Below are positions 21,949-34,159 of a stretch of 64,000 nucleotides of DNA, one piece after another (position 1 is the first letter of the stretch; every line of letters starts with the position of its first letter). The position numbers and the translations under genes were made by a program. Source of the DNA: a virus; the IMG/VR virus record IMGVR_UViG_3300041964_000082, positions 1 to 64,000 of that record. One strand, written 5' to 3'. The notes beneath the pieces are model-generated. The model was not told the origin of the DNA. It searched no databases and was given only the letters and a program-made list of their open reading frames with translations.

Positions 21949-22184
21949 GCGATCGATCAATCAGTGGCTTGCCGCGCCCTGACAGGATGGGCTTCTCTAA
22001 GGGCTAGAGCGTGAGTGTTCTACTGGGTGGGAGAGAGAAGACTGAGCGCTGATTATCTGAGGCTTGGCGATAGCATCAACAGAGCGAGATACTCTCAGGC
22101 GGCAACAGCGCAATCGATCGCAATATCTCACCTGCCATGTGTAGGCGGAGCAACGAAGGCGATACGGGTATCCGGTCGCCTTTT
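21949..22184 (+). ncRNA. Candidate structured ncRNA, about 235 nt
   Basis: TTGTAC-17-TAAAAT promoter (21914-21942), several internal stems, terminator 22156-22184, no convincing ORF. Confidence 0.5.
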
Positions 22185-22277
22185 GCATTGAAACTCTAGC
22201 CACTCGATCGCGTCACTGCATACGGTGTACCTTGCCATTTGCACGGTTAAACTGTATTAAGCTGCTGCCGTGCTGTC

Positions 22278-22925
22278 ATGAAATACGATCGCATCGCAAT
22301 CGACTTCTTGGATTGGCTACGGCAACTACTGTGGCACAGGGAAGATGTGATCAAGCACCGTCCCTACGATGTGCTACGAACGATGCGGGGAAAGTACGGG
22401 CTAATCAGCAAAGTCGATCGACGGACGCCACGCGCTATCTCGACTTACACATTTCTCCCTTTCCGCTACAACCAGCCAGAGCAAGAGCTGCGAGACATCC
22501 ACCTCTGCTGCGATCACCTGGGGGCAATTCAGGGCGAGAAATCGATCGCGCCTCGTGGTGGAGGCAATCAGCTAACGCACAGAATTTCAATCTATAGCGC
22601 CAGTCATTTCTTAGATGCGCACGGCTCCTACGACCTGAAAGAGCTGTTCTCCGGCGAGTACGATCTGCAAGGCCAAGACGCGCTACCACACAGACAGGCG
22701 TCATAGTTGTAGATAAAGTTGCTTACTATTTCAAAGAGCGCGACCCTAAGGCGTTCAACTGGGGGTTTGAAGTCCCGGCTACGGTAAAAGAGGTGATGTC
22801 AGGGACGTGGCGATCGCCCTCATCCGATCGGCAAGACTTCACCATCGAGGGCACGTTGATCGATGACGGGAAGCCACGGAAGGCACGAATCACAATTAAG
22901 GACGATCGCGATCGATCGAGGTAGG
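22278..22925 (+). CDS. Hypothetical protein (frameshifted near 22690)
   Basis: ORF 22278-22706 continues in another frame as YFKERDPKAFNWGFEVPATVKEV... Confidence 0.5.
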
Positions 22926-23188
22926 AGGCACGATGAAGCAGGCGACTCAGTAGAACTCGTGGAGATGCAGGAAGCTTTGGTAACTGCCAGTGAAGCAGCA
23001 CGATTGCGGTATGCCCTGCTACTTGCCCGCTGGTACTGCCACGAGCGCGATCGAGCATCAGAAGCAGAGTCCTTGGCGCACCAGTGGCAGATCTGCGCCT
23101 GCATCTGGGCGTCGGTGGGGATTCTTGCCTGTACTGCGGTTTTGGTGATGGTCGTGAGCGGTTGATAAAACAAGAGAGCGGCTTAACC

Positions 23189-23677
23189 ATGTCCAACGGA
23201 TTCACCCGTCAAGAGACAATGATTTTGACAGGTCTTACATCAAACCAACTGAGCTACCTCGATCGCACGGATTTAGTTACTCCTCGAAAAGAAGGACACC
23301 CAAGACACCCAAAAATCACGTACTCAGCAGAACAAATTTTAGAAATTCAACTTATAAAAAAACTGAGAGAGAAAGTTTCACCCAAAGAAGTCGAGTCAGC
23401 CTTAGATTATCTGAAATCCAAAGACTACGATCCTCCGCTTCTTAATGTCAGACTTTTGTCTTTCAATAAAAACTTGTATTGGATTAAAAATGAAGAAAAC
23501 TTGAAGAGCTTAATCATGGAATTAGTGGAAAAGAATAAAGGTGAAATCGTTATGCTTACAATTGAACCGATTGGTGACGTTATCTCTGAAATCTGGGAAG
23601 AGAGAAGAAAAAGCCGAGTGTTAGATTTTGAGAAACGAATCAAAGGAACTGCGCTAGAGGTAAAGCGATCGCCCTAA
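23189..23677 (+). CDS. MerR-family HTH regulator
   Basis: GFTRQET..LTGLTSNQLSYLDRTDLVTP...YSAEQILEI..IKKLR. Confidence 0.8.
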   Translation: MSNGFTRQETMILTGLTSNQLSYLDRTDLVTPRKEGHPRHPKITYSAEQILEIQLIKKLREKVSPKEVESALDYLKSKDYDPPLLNVRLLSFNKNLYWIKNEENLKSLIMELVEKNKGEIVMLTIEPIGDVISEIWEERRKSRVLDFEKRIKGTALEVKRSP

Positions 23678-24213
23678 AACAAGGAAAGCTGCCCCTCAGC
23701 AACAGACTTCGATCGCTTACCCTTGCGCCTGTCCTGAGGTGGGGTGGAAGGCTGGGAAGTGGATCGATCGCAGCTCAGAGCGAAGATTTCGGCTTCGATC
23801 GGGTCATACCATGCGGGCGGCTCTCCATTCTCATCATTCACCCCAGCATAGATTCCAAAAAGGTCGGCTCTCATGCCGCTGATGAGCTTTGCCGCTTGGT
23901 CGGCATCGCCAGAAACCTCGATCGCATTTAGCAGCATCCTCTGCCAGATAATGCCACCCTGTCTTTGGTACTGAAGAAATTTGTCGGCATCCATTGGCAC
24001 GTTTTTGTGACACTGCCTGCACAGCGATACCAGATTCGATAGGTCATCTGCTCCACCCTGTTCTATCCAGTGGATGTGATGCGCCTCAACGTGGTCATAG
24101 ACAAAACCGCAGCATTGACAGATATTTCGATCGCGCTTTTTCACCTGATTCGGCAAGGTGTAGCTGCGCTTCGATCGTTCTTCTTTGGGGGCGATAGATA
24201 GCTTTTTGGGCAT
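23674..24213 (-). CDS. HNH endonuclease (zinc-binding CxxC type)
   Basis: RDRNICQCCG, EAHHI..GG.DDLSNLVSLCRQCH. Confidence 0.85.
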   Translation of the reverse strand: MPKKLSIAPKEERSKRSYTLPNQVKKRDRNICQCCGFVYDHVEAHHIHWIEQGGADDLSNLVSLCRQCHKNVPMDADKFLQYQRQGGIIWQRMLLNAIEVSGDADQAAKLISGMRADLFGIYAGVNDENGEPPAWYDPIEAEIFALSCDRSTSQPSTPPQDRRKGKRSKSVAEGQLSLF

Positions 24214-24344
24214 ACACTTTTTGACCTGTCATCGATCGCAACACCTTATTATATAAGGGTTTCAGCGTTTACGCGAAAAACCAGTTTAACCAGAACGGCT
24301 TTTAATTTTCGAGTAGACATGAGAAGCTAGACGGATGGAGAAAA

Positions 24345-25850
24345 TCACGATCGCAGTCGTTCGATCAGTGTCGAAGAGCAAGACGGCAACCGCAAACCAG
24401 CTTCGCGGCACCTTGAAGCAATTATCGCAAGCGGAGCCAGCCGATCGCTTATTTTTTGGATAGTATGCGACACGAGATGCCGACTGTAGACGAGCGACCC
24501 GGTTAGCTCGGCAGCGATCTCGAACTGAGTCATAGCTGGATAGGTGGGTAGATTCTATCTGACATCCCGGACGTGATTCGCACTGACCACAATCAGGGAT
24601 GCTGTCAAAAAGTGATTCGATGATGCCGTCAGCATGAAGGTCACATTATTGGCGCTTAACATGGGACTAGATTTGACCACTGATACAGGCGAACTCATGG
24701 CAGGCAGTAGCAGCGTCCGGGTAGGAGATTGAGCATCGACAGATCCGATCTCGCGACTATGCGCGCAACCGCAAATTCGCGCACAGTATACGACATCCCT
24801 CGAGGCGGTGTGCACGATTTGGCTGGGTGAGGACACGCAAAACACGCTGGAACTCGACACAACACCGGTTTCTGTGTGCTGCTAGTCAGAACCATCAGGA
24901 GATGTCTAGGCTATTATTGCACTGCTATCACGTCGAGCTATTTGAGAGGCTGAAATGCGTCTACTCAGACTTGTATGCATGCTATCCATCACTTTTACGG
25001 CATCCACACCGGGTAAAACCTCCTCGACTTGCGCCTCTACAGCATGAGCTATCAGCAGAGGTCTTGGACACATTCCGTCGCCAGCGTCACCGACGTTCGC
25101 AGCTCGTCTGCTGGACACGAACAGGGATTCCAGACTGGTACGAGATCCGATTCTCTGTGGCGATCGAGTGGTGAACATGTACGAGATGGCGACCAACGAA
25201 GATGGGCACAGCGCTATACTAGATAAACGCTAGCTAAAACCGGAAGTGATAGTCCTAGCGGACAGTTACCGGGGCTGTTACTCGAGTACGCCATGCTGCG
25301 TTCATCAAAACCTTATAACGCTACTCTGCGCCTGCTCGAAGTGTTGGGCGCACGCTGAGAGTGATTTATTCACGAAGCGACTGAGCTTTGTGTGATGAGT
25401 GCGGCACGCGTGTGAACTGCAAAAACTGATGGAATTGGGCACGGCAAGCCAGAGCAAAAGAGCGTTTGCTTCATCAATGTTCTGCCTATGTCCAGGATCG
25501 ATCGCGCGGCGAAGGCTTGTACAGCAAAACTGTTCTCGGTCTGCACCCAGACACCGCAAATTCGGATCGAAAAAGTCGAAGCTGCTGTTGTAGAACAAAC
25601 TGACTAGAACACGCTCAGATCTTTCCAGGAAGACGCGACAATCGTAGCGGTGCTGCTTCCGTGCAGAGCCTCCAGACACACCAGAAATTGCTGAACATGC
25701 GCTTGCAGATCGGCAAGCTTAAGGCAATGGATGACTACGACTTAGCCAGCATCACTCGCAGCCAAGAAGCCCGCCTTGCAGCCCTCTAGATGCAGGGCTA
25801 CACAAAACAAATGACACGAGAAGTAACGATCGGAATAATTCGACGGGCAT
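24345..25850 (-). pseudogene. Large serine recombinase/integrase, heavily garbled
   Basis: Ordered remnants across frames: RRII..SRV, SG..RKQ, LRRAID..QNID, PI..GHLVY-like, LIAH..AQVEEVL, VVYCARICG zinc ribbon; size and position fit an integrase. Confidence 0.45.
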
Positions 25851-26958
25851 TTTCAAACCCTAGATTCTGGCGTCTCTGGGGATTCGATAAGAAGCATGAG
25901 TTTGTCATGAGGTCGTCGATCGAATCATGGTGAGAGACGGCAAGATTGTGTCAACACGCTGCGTTGAGTTTTCTCGTTTAAGCTCGATTGATTCAGCGAT
26001 TTCGCGCAGCTCTGCAATTTGCGGCATTAGAGCCGAAATTTGATCGTCAGGTGTGCGGGCAATTTGCAAGGCAAGCTCCATCAGTCAAACTGAAGGCGCC
26101 AATCAATCATTTTTGAGCAGCTTGGAATCCATCTTTCAATCTCCTAGTGTGTAAGTTTCAATCTACGGAAGTCAGTCCAGCTAAACTCGATCGCCCTCTA
26201 CAAACTCAAATCGATTCACGCTGCTGTCAATTGGGACGTACCTAGAAACCAATCAAGTCGATCGCTTCCAGTAAACAGCGAAATAGTGGGAGCGTTAGCA
26301 GGCGCATACTGCACCCGATCGCTATCGACGGATAAAATTCTGTAAAGTCTGCCTTCCCATTGCTGCCAGATGTCCCAGGTTGCGGGTGGGTCTAGTCATC
26401 GCGATCGCCCTCACGTTTGGTTCGCCTCATCTGCTCAATCCGCGCCTCAAAATATTCCACCGTCTTGATACAGGCAAGATAGAGTCACAACGAACATCCA
26501 AGATGCGCCCAAGAGTTAAGCGGTGGAACTCGATCACCCAACCCGTAATAGCCCAGCCAAAACGCCACAATCAAAATAGTTTCTCATACTCGATCGCCCT
26601 CCTTCCCTTAGAATCTCGATTCAACAAACTCTGCGAAATTCTCGACCTCGATCGCACTATCAGGCGGCAGATCGAAAGTAGTAAGCGCGTTGTCCAGATC
26701 CGAGTGCATCAACTCAAGCATTGGCGAAAATTGATGCGTGCCAATCTTCAGGAGTGTAGCCATTGTCGATCTCACCCATCTCTTTCGTGTGTCAAAGCAA
26801 AATTGATCGCCCTTTGATCCCCGTCACTCGTCTCTTGCGCTGCTAGATACTTGAGTTGTTTTGCATTCTGGCGAGATAGTGAAGGCGGGACTTGCTGCCA
26901 TTGACTACAAATTTCGAGAGCCAACAAACTAATTGATAGAGATCTGATTCTGTGAAAC

Positions 26959-27276
26959 TCACGATCGATCGCCTCCTCTTTGCAACTCTTCAACTTGCGT
27001 CTCTAAGCACCCGATCTGCTGCTCTAAATTGGCGATCGTCTCCGCGCGATCGCTCAACGCTTGCAGAGCATTTTTGAGGTCGATCGCCTGCGTTGTGATG
27101 GTTTGAATCGCTTGATGATTCCGTTCGCGTTCAGCGCCTATCAAAGCCATCAGCATCAAGCAGTGCGATCGAGCTTCTTCGAGTGAAAGCTGATGGATGC
27201 TTGCCACTTGCGCAAAGGCTAAATGGGTGGGCATAGTCGCGGGTTCAGTGTTGTGGTCAAATTCTGGGTGTGTCAT
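26959..27276 (-). CDS. Hypothetical coiled-coil protein
   Basis: 105-aa ORF in the coupled leftward operon. Confidence 0.55.
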   Translation of the reverse strand: MTHPEFDHNTEPATMPTHLAFAQVASIHQLSLEEARSHCLMLMALIGAERERNHQAIQTITTQAIDLKNALQALSDRAETIANLEQQIGCLETQVEELQRGGDRS

Positions 27277-27614
27277 TGCTGTCTCCTAAAAAATGGTTTG
27301 CTGCGCGTTCTGCCCATCAGTCCCAGTCCTCCCAGTGAAAATCGCAGTAGCCTAGCCCGTCTGCGTCGTAATGTGTGACTGGCAATCACACTCCTCTGAA
27401 AACTCACATCCGCTTGGTGTAGCTGTTGGCTCCGTATAAATTGCTGCGCCCTCAAACAGTGGCGATGTAAATTCCATTACGGGCGCTTCCTCTGTCGTGT
27501 CTTGTTTAGAAATTCGGTCGAGAGGTTGATAAACTGATTTGCGATCGCCATATAGCCTCTTGCGTTGGGTATGGTGGTCAATTTGGGGTTGAGCTGCTAC
27601 TCAACCCCATCGAT

Positions 27615-29654
27615 TTATTTCTCAGACCAGTCATCGCAGACGATAGAGCTGGCCTTAAACGGGTCTTCAACAACTGGAATCACTTGGACAAACATCGCTA
27701 AGCACCCCTGCATGGCAAGCCAAACTGCATGAGCAGCAGCGTCGGCGTGTTCTGCTTTGCAAGTGCAATCAAGCTCGTCGTGGCAAATATTGACGAGCTG
27801 CAAATCCCATTCAGGATGCTTGGCGGCTTCGGTGCGGATAACGTGCATCGCTGCCTTCACCGCATCGGCTTCGACCATCATCCAAGCGGCCATCACTGCA
27901 TCGGTGGGCTTGGCAGACTTGGCAATATAGGGTTTGCCGTCGCGTCCTGTTTTGGGGTTCTCCCAGACAGGAAGCCACACGCGCCGACCACTAACGCCCG
28001 TTGCCCAGGTGTAGGAAAGTGATACGCCGGAGTGACGGACTTGATTGGTTTTCAGATGCCGCTTGACGCGATCGTGATAGGCACGAATACCAGGGAAAGA
28101 TTCACCCAGCAAGGCAACAATGCTTTCGGCAAACTCGATCGAGTTCTCGAAGCCACCAACCCGGATCGTCTCGCTGGTTTTGGATGCGCCTGCACCATTT
28201 AGCCAGCCGTAAAAGACGTTCTTTGAGACGTTTCTAAGCGAGGTAGCAAGAACCGCGTCCGGTGTTTTGCGACCGTTTTCGTCTTCCTGCTTGCGAATCT
28301 TGCTGATCTGCTCTCGTGTCCAATTTCTTGCCACAGTTGGCAGCGTGGACAGCCGCGAGGCGACGATCGCGTGAACGTCTACGTTGTCGATGTAGCTGGC
28401 GATAAACAGTTCATCGCCTGTAGTCTGGGCAGCGATGCGGGCATGAGCTGCGCTGAGGTCAACGACTAGCAGCTTGTAGCCGACAGGCGGGCGGAACGCC
28501 GATCGCACTTTGGGCAAGTTCAGCGCTGCCAGTTCAGGGCAAGCCTTTGTCGGGTTTGGCGGATTTTGCAGGTTACAAGACGGGATACCATTGCCGCCGC
28601 CGCTTGTGCTGCGTCCGCGCCCCTGCTTTGCCTGCTGTCGATAGCCACCGCGCACCGCGCCATCTCGATAGGCCCGCTTCATGTTGTGGAGGTAGTCGAG
28701 GTATGCGCCGATCGATCGACCCGCCAACAGCGATGAAATCTCAGGGCGATCGCGGTAAGGGTTCAGCGCTGATTTGTCAGATTTGCTGACTTCAATCCCC
28801 AGCTTTTGCTTGATCGCGGCTGGTAGTTTGGCGTGGTCGTCCACCGATAGGTCAGGAAAAGCAGGCGGCGAACGGCTCCAGTAATGCGGCTGCTGCTGTT
28901 CGTACTCTGCGGTGATGGCATCGAGAATCTGGCGATCGACTGGGAAGCCACCGATCGTCATTTCAGCGAATGCAGGCAGGGCATTAAACTCGATGCTGGC
29001 GCTGAGGTTCATGCCTGCTAAGTCAACTTCTGCCGCTAGCTTGCGCCAAATGGGAACAGCACGCGCACATCATTTGCGGCGTAGTTGATTTGCTCATTGC
29101 TGAGCGGCCATCCCCAGTCCGATCGCTGCTGCTCTTTGTCGATCGAGATGCCAAGCCGTTCACCTACTGCTTTTAGCGAGTGCCTGTAGGCTTCGATGCC
29201 AGCCCACAAAAGCTGACTGAGCAGCATCGTATCGGCGCAGCGCCAAGCCTTGATGCCGTACTTGTGCCCTAACCAGCACAGCTCAAATAGACCGTTGTGC
29301 ATCACCGTCCAGATGGCGGGCGATTCCACTGTGGTCTTGAGCGTGTCAAAGAATCCCAGTCTGGTGAGGCGATCGTGGTTGGCGCTGCGATCGTCGTCCC
29401 ATCCACCCAAGTCAGCCACTAGGACACTGCCAGACTTCAGACCTATCTGAACGGTGCGGATATGACCCAGCCAAGGGGTCTAGCGGGTCGTTCTCGCCTT
29501 TGCCGTAGGTTTCTAGGTCAAGGGCGAATGAGGTCTGCTCCTGCCAAGTGAGGATGAACCGTTTGATTTGCTCGTCGGTGGCAGTAGAGGACAGAACGAT
29601 CCCAGGATCGATCGCGGTGAGGTTGGCAAATAGTGAGGGTTGATTAGTGAGCAT
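27615..29654 (-). CDS. Family A DNA polymerase with 3'-5' exonuclease (frameshifted)
   Basis: ExoI LDLET, ExoII HNGLFE, ExoIII YAAND; motif A VDLSAAHAR, motif B RNVSKNVFYG, motif C CHDEL. Confidence 0.9.
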
Positions 29655-32600
29655 TTTCAACGGCTCCCAAGGGTTGCATTTCAATTCGCTGATTTTGTGC
29701 CGCTCTGCTTCCGTCAGTCGTCCCCAAATGCGCTGCTTACTGTCTGGGGTCAAGCTTGTGAACATCTCCCAGCTGAGCAGGTCTTGCACGAATGCCGGAT
29801 CGTTGGTTTCGGCTGCTTCCTTGAGAAGCTTGGCGGCATCTGCGATCGAGTCGTCGTCAAACTCAACTGCGATCGGCTCTACTTCGGTAATGTCTGCCCA
29901 CTGGTTTAGTCCCAAGTGAAGCCGCGTTGTGTCACCCAACTCGATGCGTTCAATCTGCCGTTGTTGTCCTCGCCATTGAACGCGATCGCCTGTTTTATAG
30001 GTGATGCCATCGTGTTCTGTCTGAGCTGTGCTTTCTACACCGACTCGCTTACCCATTGGTGAAGCGTCTTTGCGGTAGTTAGCGAATCCACCTTTAACCA
30101 CTACTGGAGATTCAACACAGACCCCCCCCCTCTGCGCGTGTCGAAAATGTGATGAATCTTCCACAACCTTGACCACGACAGGGTTTGAGTCGTTTTGAGA
30201 TTGATCACAACCGTCGAAAAAGTTCGACACACAATCAAGTGTGTGATCTACTTTTTCGACACCGTGTGATGAACTTAAATCCTCTCCCTGTATGGGTTCT
30301 AGAGATTGATCACACTTTAGGGTTTTTGGCATAGGGGGGGGTGTGTGATCATCTTGTGTTGGAATTAAGTACAAGCAAACGCGCTTATCTTTTTCCCAAC
30401 GGTTTGTAGATACAAGCCCTTCCTGCACCAACGCTTTTAGAGGTCGTGAGAGCGATCGATCGTTATCGTTTAGCCCAACTGCTTCTTTCAACCATCGGGC
30501 GCTCATGCCGTTGGGGTGGTGCGGTTGATTGACTCGAATCGCTTCGAGGATTTTGGCTTTCAAATGCTTCTCTTCGGCAGAAACACCCGACTCGCTATGG
30601 CAGACCCAATGGAAGCGGGGAAATCGTCGTCTATCAGTTCGATCGAAAAGCAGCCGTTGCAACTGCGTCCGGCCATCTTGATTTGTCTGGCGCGATCGGT
30701 TGGGTCTTGAGTGACACGCAACAACGTGTGTATATTGTCGCAAGCGCCAATTAAGGCGCTATTCCCTGCAATCTTTTCCAGGTTTCCTGCTTCTTTGTTT
30801 TTGTTGAAGTGATGGATCAAGTAACCCGACACTTTCAACATTGAGAGTCTGGATTGAAGGTCGTAGACAGGGGCAGCAAACGCCTGTGAATTTTCATCGC
30901 ACCCCGTCGATTTGCTCGCCATTCGTAAGGAGTCGATCATCACAATGTCGGCGCGATGTTCAACAATCCACTGCTCTAGCGTGTCGAGGTCATCGATCGA
31001 CCACTGTCGCTCAACCCGCAAGCTACCTGCTAAAAGCACCTCTGGGTCATAGAGAACATTTACGCAATCAAGGTTGTCTCGGATTTGCTCTTCGTTTTCC
31101 TCAAGCTGAACCAGCAACACACGCGCCTTGGTTGTTGGTGTCTGCCCTAAGAACGGCTTGCCAGTCAGCAGTGAAGCGACTTTTTCATACATCAGCGTCG
31201 ATTTACCGTCTTTGGCAAATCCAGCAAGCATCGTCAGCCCGACCTTAGGTGTAAATCGAGGAATGAGCCAGCGCGTACCTGATGACTCAAGATTTATGAG
31301 GTCTTGAAGGCTGTATGACGTTTTAGCGGTGTTGTGCCGCTTGCTGATTTCGGTCACAATGCGCCGAACAAGCGCCATAGGCACAGAAAATTTAGAAGAG
31401 ACACGGATCAGCGTTAGCTCTTTTTCAAGCGGGTCACTGTGCAATAGAGCGTCGGTAATCGCTAGCCGCAATTCGGCGTAGCCATTGTCCTGCGATACCG
31501 TGGACTCGATCGCCTGCTTCGTCGTCTTGGCAGCAGCAACCGGCGTTAGAACCTCTGTCAAAATTGGCTTCGAGATTTTAACGCCGGTCTGCTCTTGCAG
31601 CGTCGGCCAGAAAAATACGTCCAACTCTGGCTGATTGTGTTCACCGATCGATTGGGAAAACTCGCTAGCCGCATCCATGACGGCTTGCAACTTGGCATCG
31701 GTGAGCGGCAAGCCCTGCTCCTCGACTAGCTTTTGTGCTTCAAACCGCAGACCATGCACCCGCCCGTCGATGTGCGATCGCCAAGCGTCCATGCCGTTTG
31801 CGATCACAAATTCATCGGGGTCGAGTTTGTCGGCAGCACCGGGGCGCAGTAGGTTTTGATGCCTGCCGCTGCCAAGTGCTTGATTCCATCTCTAGTGCCT
31901 TTGTCACCGGCTCCATCCGGGTCAAGGCAGAATGTGACTGACTGCACCCGACGCTTGACTAAGGTTTCGATCTGGTCTTGAGACGGGTTAGCTGCCACCC
32001 ATGCCACAACGCGGCTATCGCCTCTGGCTTGCAGTAGAGCGGCATCGAATACGCCTTCGACGACTACCAGATCGCGATGATTGTCTGCCAGCGCCCGATC
32101 GAGGTAGAGGGGCGATCGCTTAGAGCGCAGCCACACCTCGTCGCCGGTTCCAGGGTTGCGCAGAGCAGTTGTTTTGGGCTTGCCTTGGGGCGGCGTTTTG
32201 GTGTGGTAGCGACCGTAGATTGTGAGCGGTCTGCCGTTTTCGTCTGCCCAAGGGATCGTGATATAGCCTTCAAGCGGGGCATAGTAGCCACCCTTTGGTG
32301 TGCCATGCTCATCACGATTCGATAGAGGATGCCGTTTTCCTCTAGATCTTCGATCGAGAACACTTGCAGCAGATGAGCAGCAGCGCGATCGGCAGATGGG
32401 AAAATGCCCAAGCCTAGATCTTCGATGTCTAGCGCTGTAAAGCCGCGCTCATCCGTCAGATAGGCGATCGCTTTTTTGCTCTCGCTCAGCAGCAGATTGT
32501 GGCAGTAGGTGGCGACAGTTTCCAGCAGGTTGCGCCGGTTATCAACCTTCTGCATCTGCATCTTTTGTTCTGGCGTCATTTCCCGCTCTGGGAATTCAAC

Positions 32601-32905
32601 CCCAGCGGTTTCGCCTAAGAATTTGGCAGCTTCAATAAAGCTTTGCCGCGTGGCGAACCGTTGCCGCCCATGACCTGGTGTAGGTATTGGATCGGTGTGC
32701 CGCCTACTTCACACTGAGGGCAGCGCCACATCAGCGAATCGGGATTCATATAGAACGATGTGCCGCTCTTAGAATCGTGCCAAGGGCACTTACCGCGCCA
32801 GCGTCCTTTCGATTTGTGCCAGTCATGCTGGAATAGACCTTCGTAGATCTGTTCAGGCTGTAAGCGGCTGTAGACGGCTTGCAGAAATGTGTCGATCGGA
32901 TTCAT
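29655..32905 (-). CDS. Primase-helicase (CHC2 Zn finger + TOPRIM + RecA-like/AAA_25 helicase + C-terminal extension), frameshifted
   Basis: CPWH...CPQC; VVVEGVFDA and LDPDGAG; Walker A GFAKDGKS, Walker B MIDS, LIHHFNK. Confidence 0.85.
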
Positions 32906-33435
32906 TACGCCGCCCTCCGTACTGCTTTGCTGTAAGCACATCTTCCGTATTCACCGGTTAGTCGAAGCTCTGTCGGTCGCTGCACTTGTTGCAAAATCCA
33001 TTCGGCGTTGATCGTGTATGTTTCAACGTCGAGACGGTTAAGAACTCCTGCTTTGTATTCAGTAACGGGGTGTTTGTGGACAACCTCAAAGGCGTAAATA
33101 ATGCTGCCCTTGTGCTGAATGGCAACGTCAAAAATGATGTCCGGTCGATCGCCTGCTTTGACTAGCTGCTCAAAAGTTGGAACTGTACCCCAGTGCGTTT
33201 CATCCCAAGCGTGAACATAGCCACCCCATTCAACAGATTTAGAAACCGGATACTCCTCAAAGATCCCCCACGTAGGTTCTCCTCGATTTGTGCGCCAAGA
33301 GATATCACCGATGCGGGCGTAGGTGTCATTGTCTTTGTAGGCAGCTTCTCCGAGTTCTCGAAGCCACTGCGTTAGCGTTTGCTTGGCGAATTTGTGCTTG
33401 TAGCTTTCAACCGATCGATTTTCAGGAGTTGTCAT
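32905..33435 (-). CDS. Hypothetical, possible PD-(D/E)XK/CoiA-like nuclease
   Basis: IFDVAI....IYAFEVVHKH motif. Confidence 0.4.
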   Translation of the reverse strand: MTTPENRSVESYKHKFAKQTLTQWLRELGEAAYKDNDTYARIGDISWRTNRGEPTWGIFEEYPVSKSVEWGGYVHAWDETHWGTVPTFEQLVKAGDRPDIIFDVAIQHKGSIIYAFEVVHKHPVTEYKAGVLNRLDVETYTINAEWILQQVQRPTELRLTGEYGRCAYSKAVRRAA

Positions 33436-33437
33436 GA

Positions 33438-34050
33438 CTAGGCGACCTCCTGTACTTGCTCGATCGAGTTCAGCCGACCGATTGGGCCCGTCTTCTGCAA
33501 AACTTCCCAGTTGTATCGGACGATCGCTTCTTCCAGCGTCTTGAACGACCCCAGCCGCTTCGTCTCACCGTTGGCTCGAAACTTGGCGACGTAAAATTCG
33601 CCCTCTTTCGAGATGCCCTTGTGCGCGATCGCTTCCCTCTGCGCGGCGGATGGTTCTGCACGTTCTCCGCATGGGTCACAACTCTGAGATTGCAGATCCA
33701 TCGGTTATCCAGCGTGTCGCCATTGCCATGATCGATCTGCTTGCCGCGTGTGCTAACGCCGTGCAGTTGAGCGATCTCTTCGTGCAGTCTGGGCGCTGTG
33801 TGGCGATCGACTCTGCGGCGGGCGTAGACAAGCTGTGATTTGTCTGGGCGCGTCCGGTTCACATCTGCGTAGTATTTCCGCCCTGCAGCTTGAGCGCGTC
33901 CTCTTGATGCACGATCGCCTCCAGTCCTTTCGACAGCGGCAGGCGGGCGATCGGGCGACCGCAGGTGCAGTATTCGGTTTTCTGGGCATTAGAGCGATCG
34001 ATTGTACCAACCGAATTTGGTACAGTTCTGTGTAAAGTTTGCATGACCAT
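33438..34050 (-). CDS. HNH-AP2 endonuclease (frameshifted)
   Basis: IDHGNGDTLDN..NLRVVTHAEN followed by AP2-like KGIS...YVAKFRANGETKRLGSFKTLEEA..YN. Confidence 0.8.
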
Positions 34051-34159
34051 TGTTTGCTTCTGTGTAGGCGTGGTCGGGGCGATCGCTGTCCGTGGAAAGT
34101 CAAGCGATCGCCTTTTGGTTTGGATTTAGAACGGCGACTCTGATGGGTCGCTAGATACG

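Noticed and set aside
21975-22000. Hammerhead ribozyme core
   Set aside because: CTGACAG does not match CUGANGA and no properly placed GAAA is present
22745-22812. Glutamine-riboswitch-like CGTTCA...GGACG fold
   Set aside because: Lacks the conserved core and reads as a good protein continuation (FKERDPKAFNWGFEVPATVKEV) of the upstream frameshifted ORF
24345-24533. Sigma-factor region 4 (MTQFEIAAEL)
   Set aside because: No region 2 motifs upstream; the wider region fits a garbled serine recombinase better
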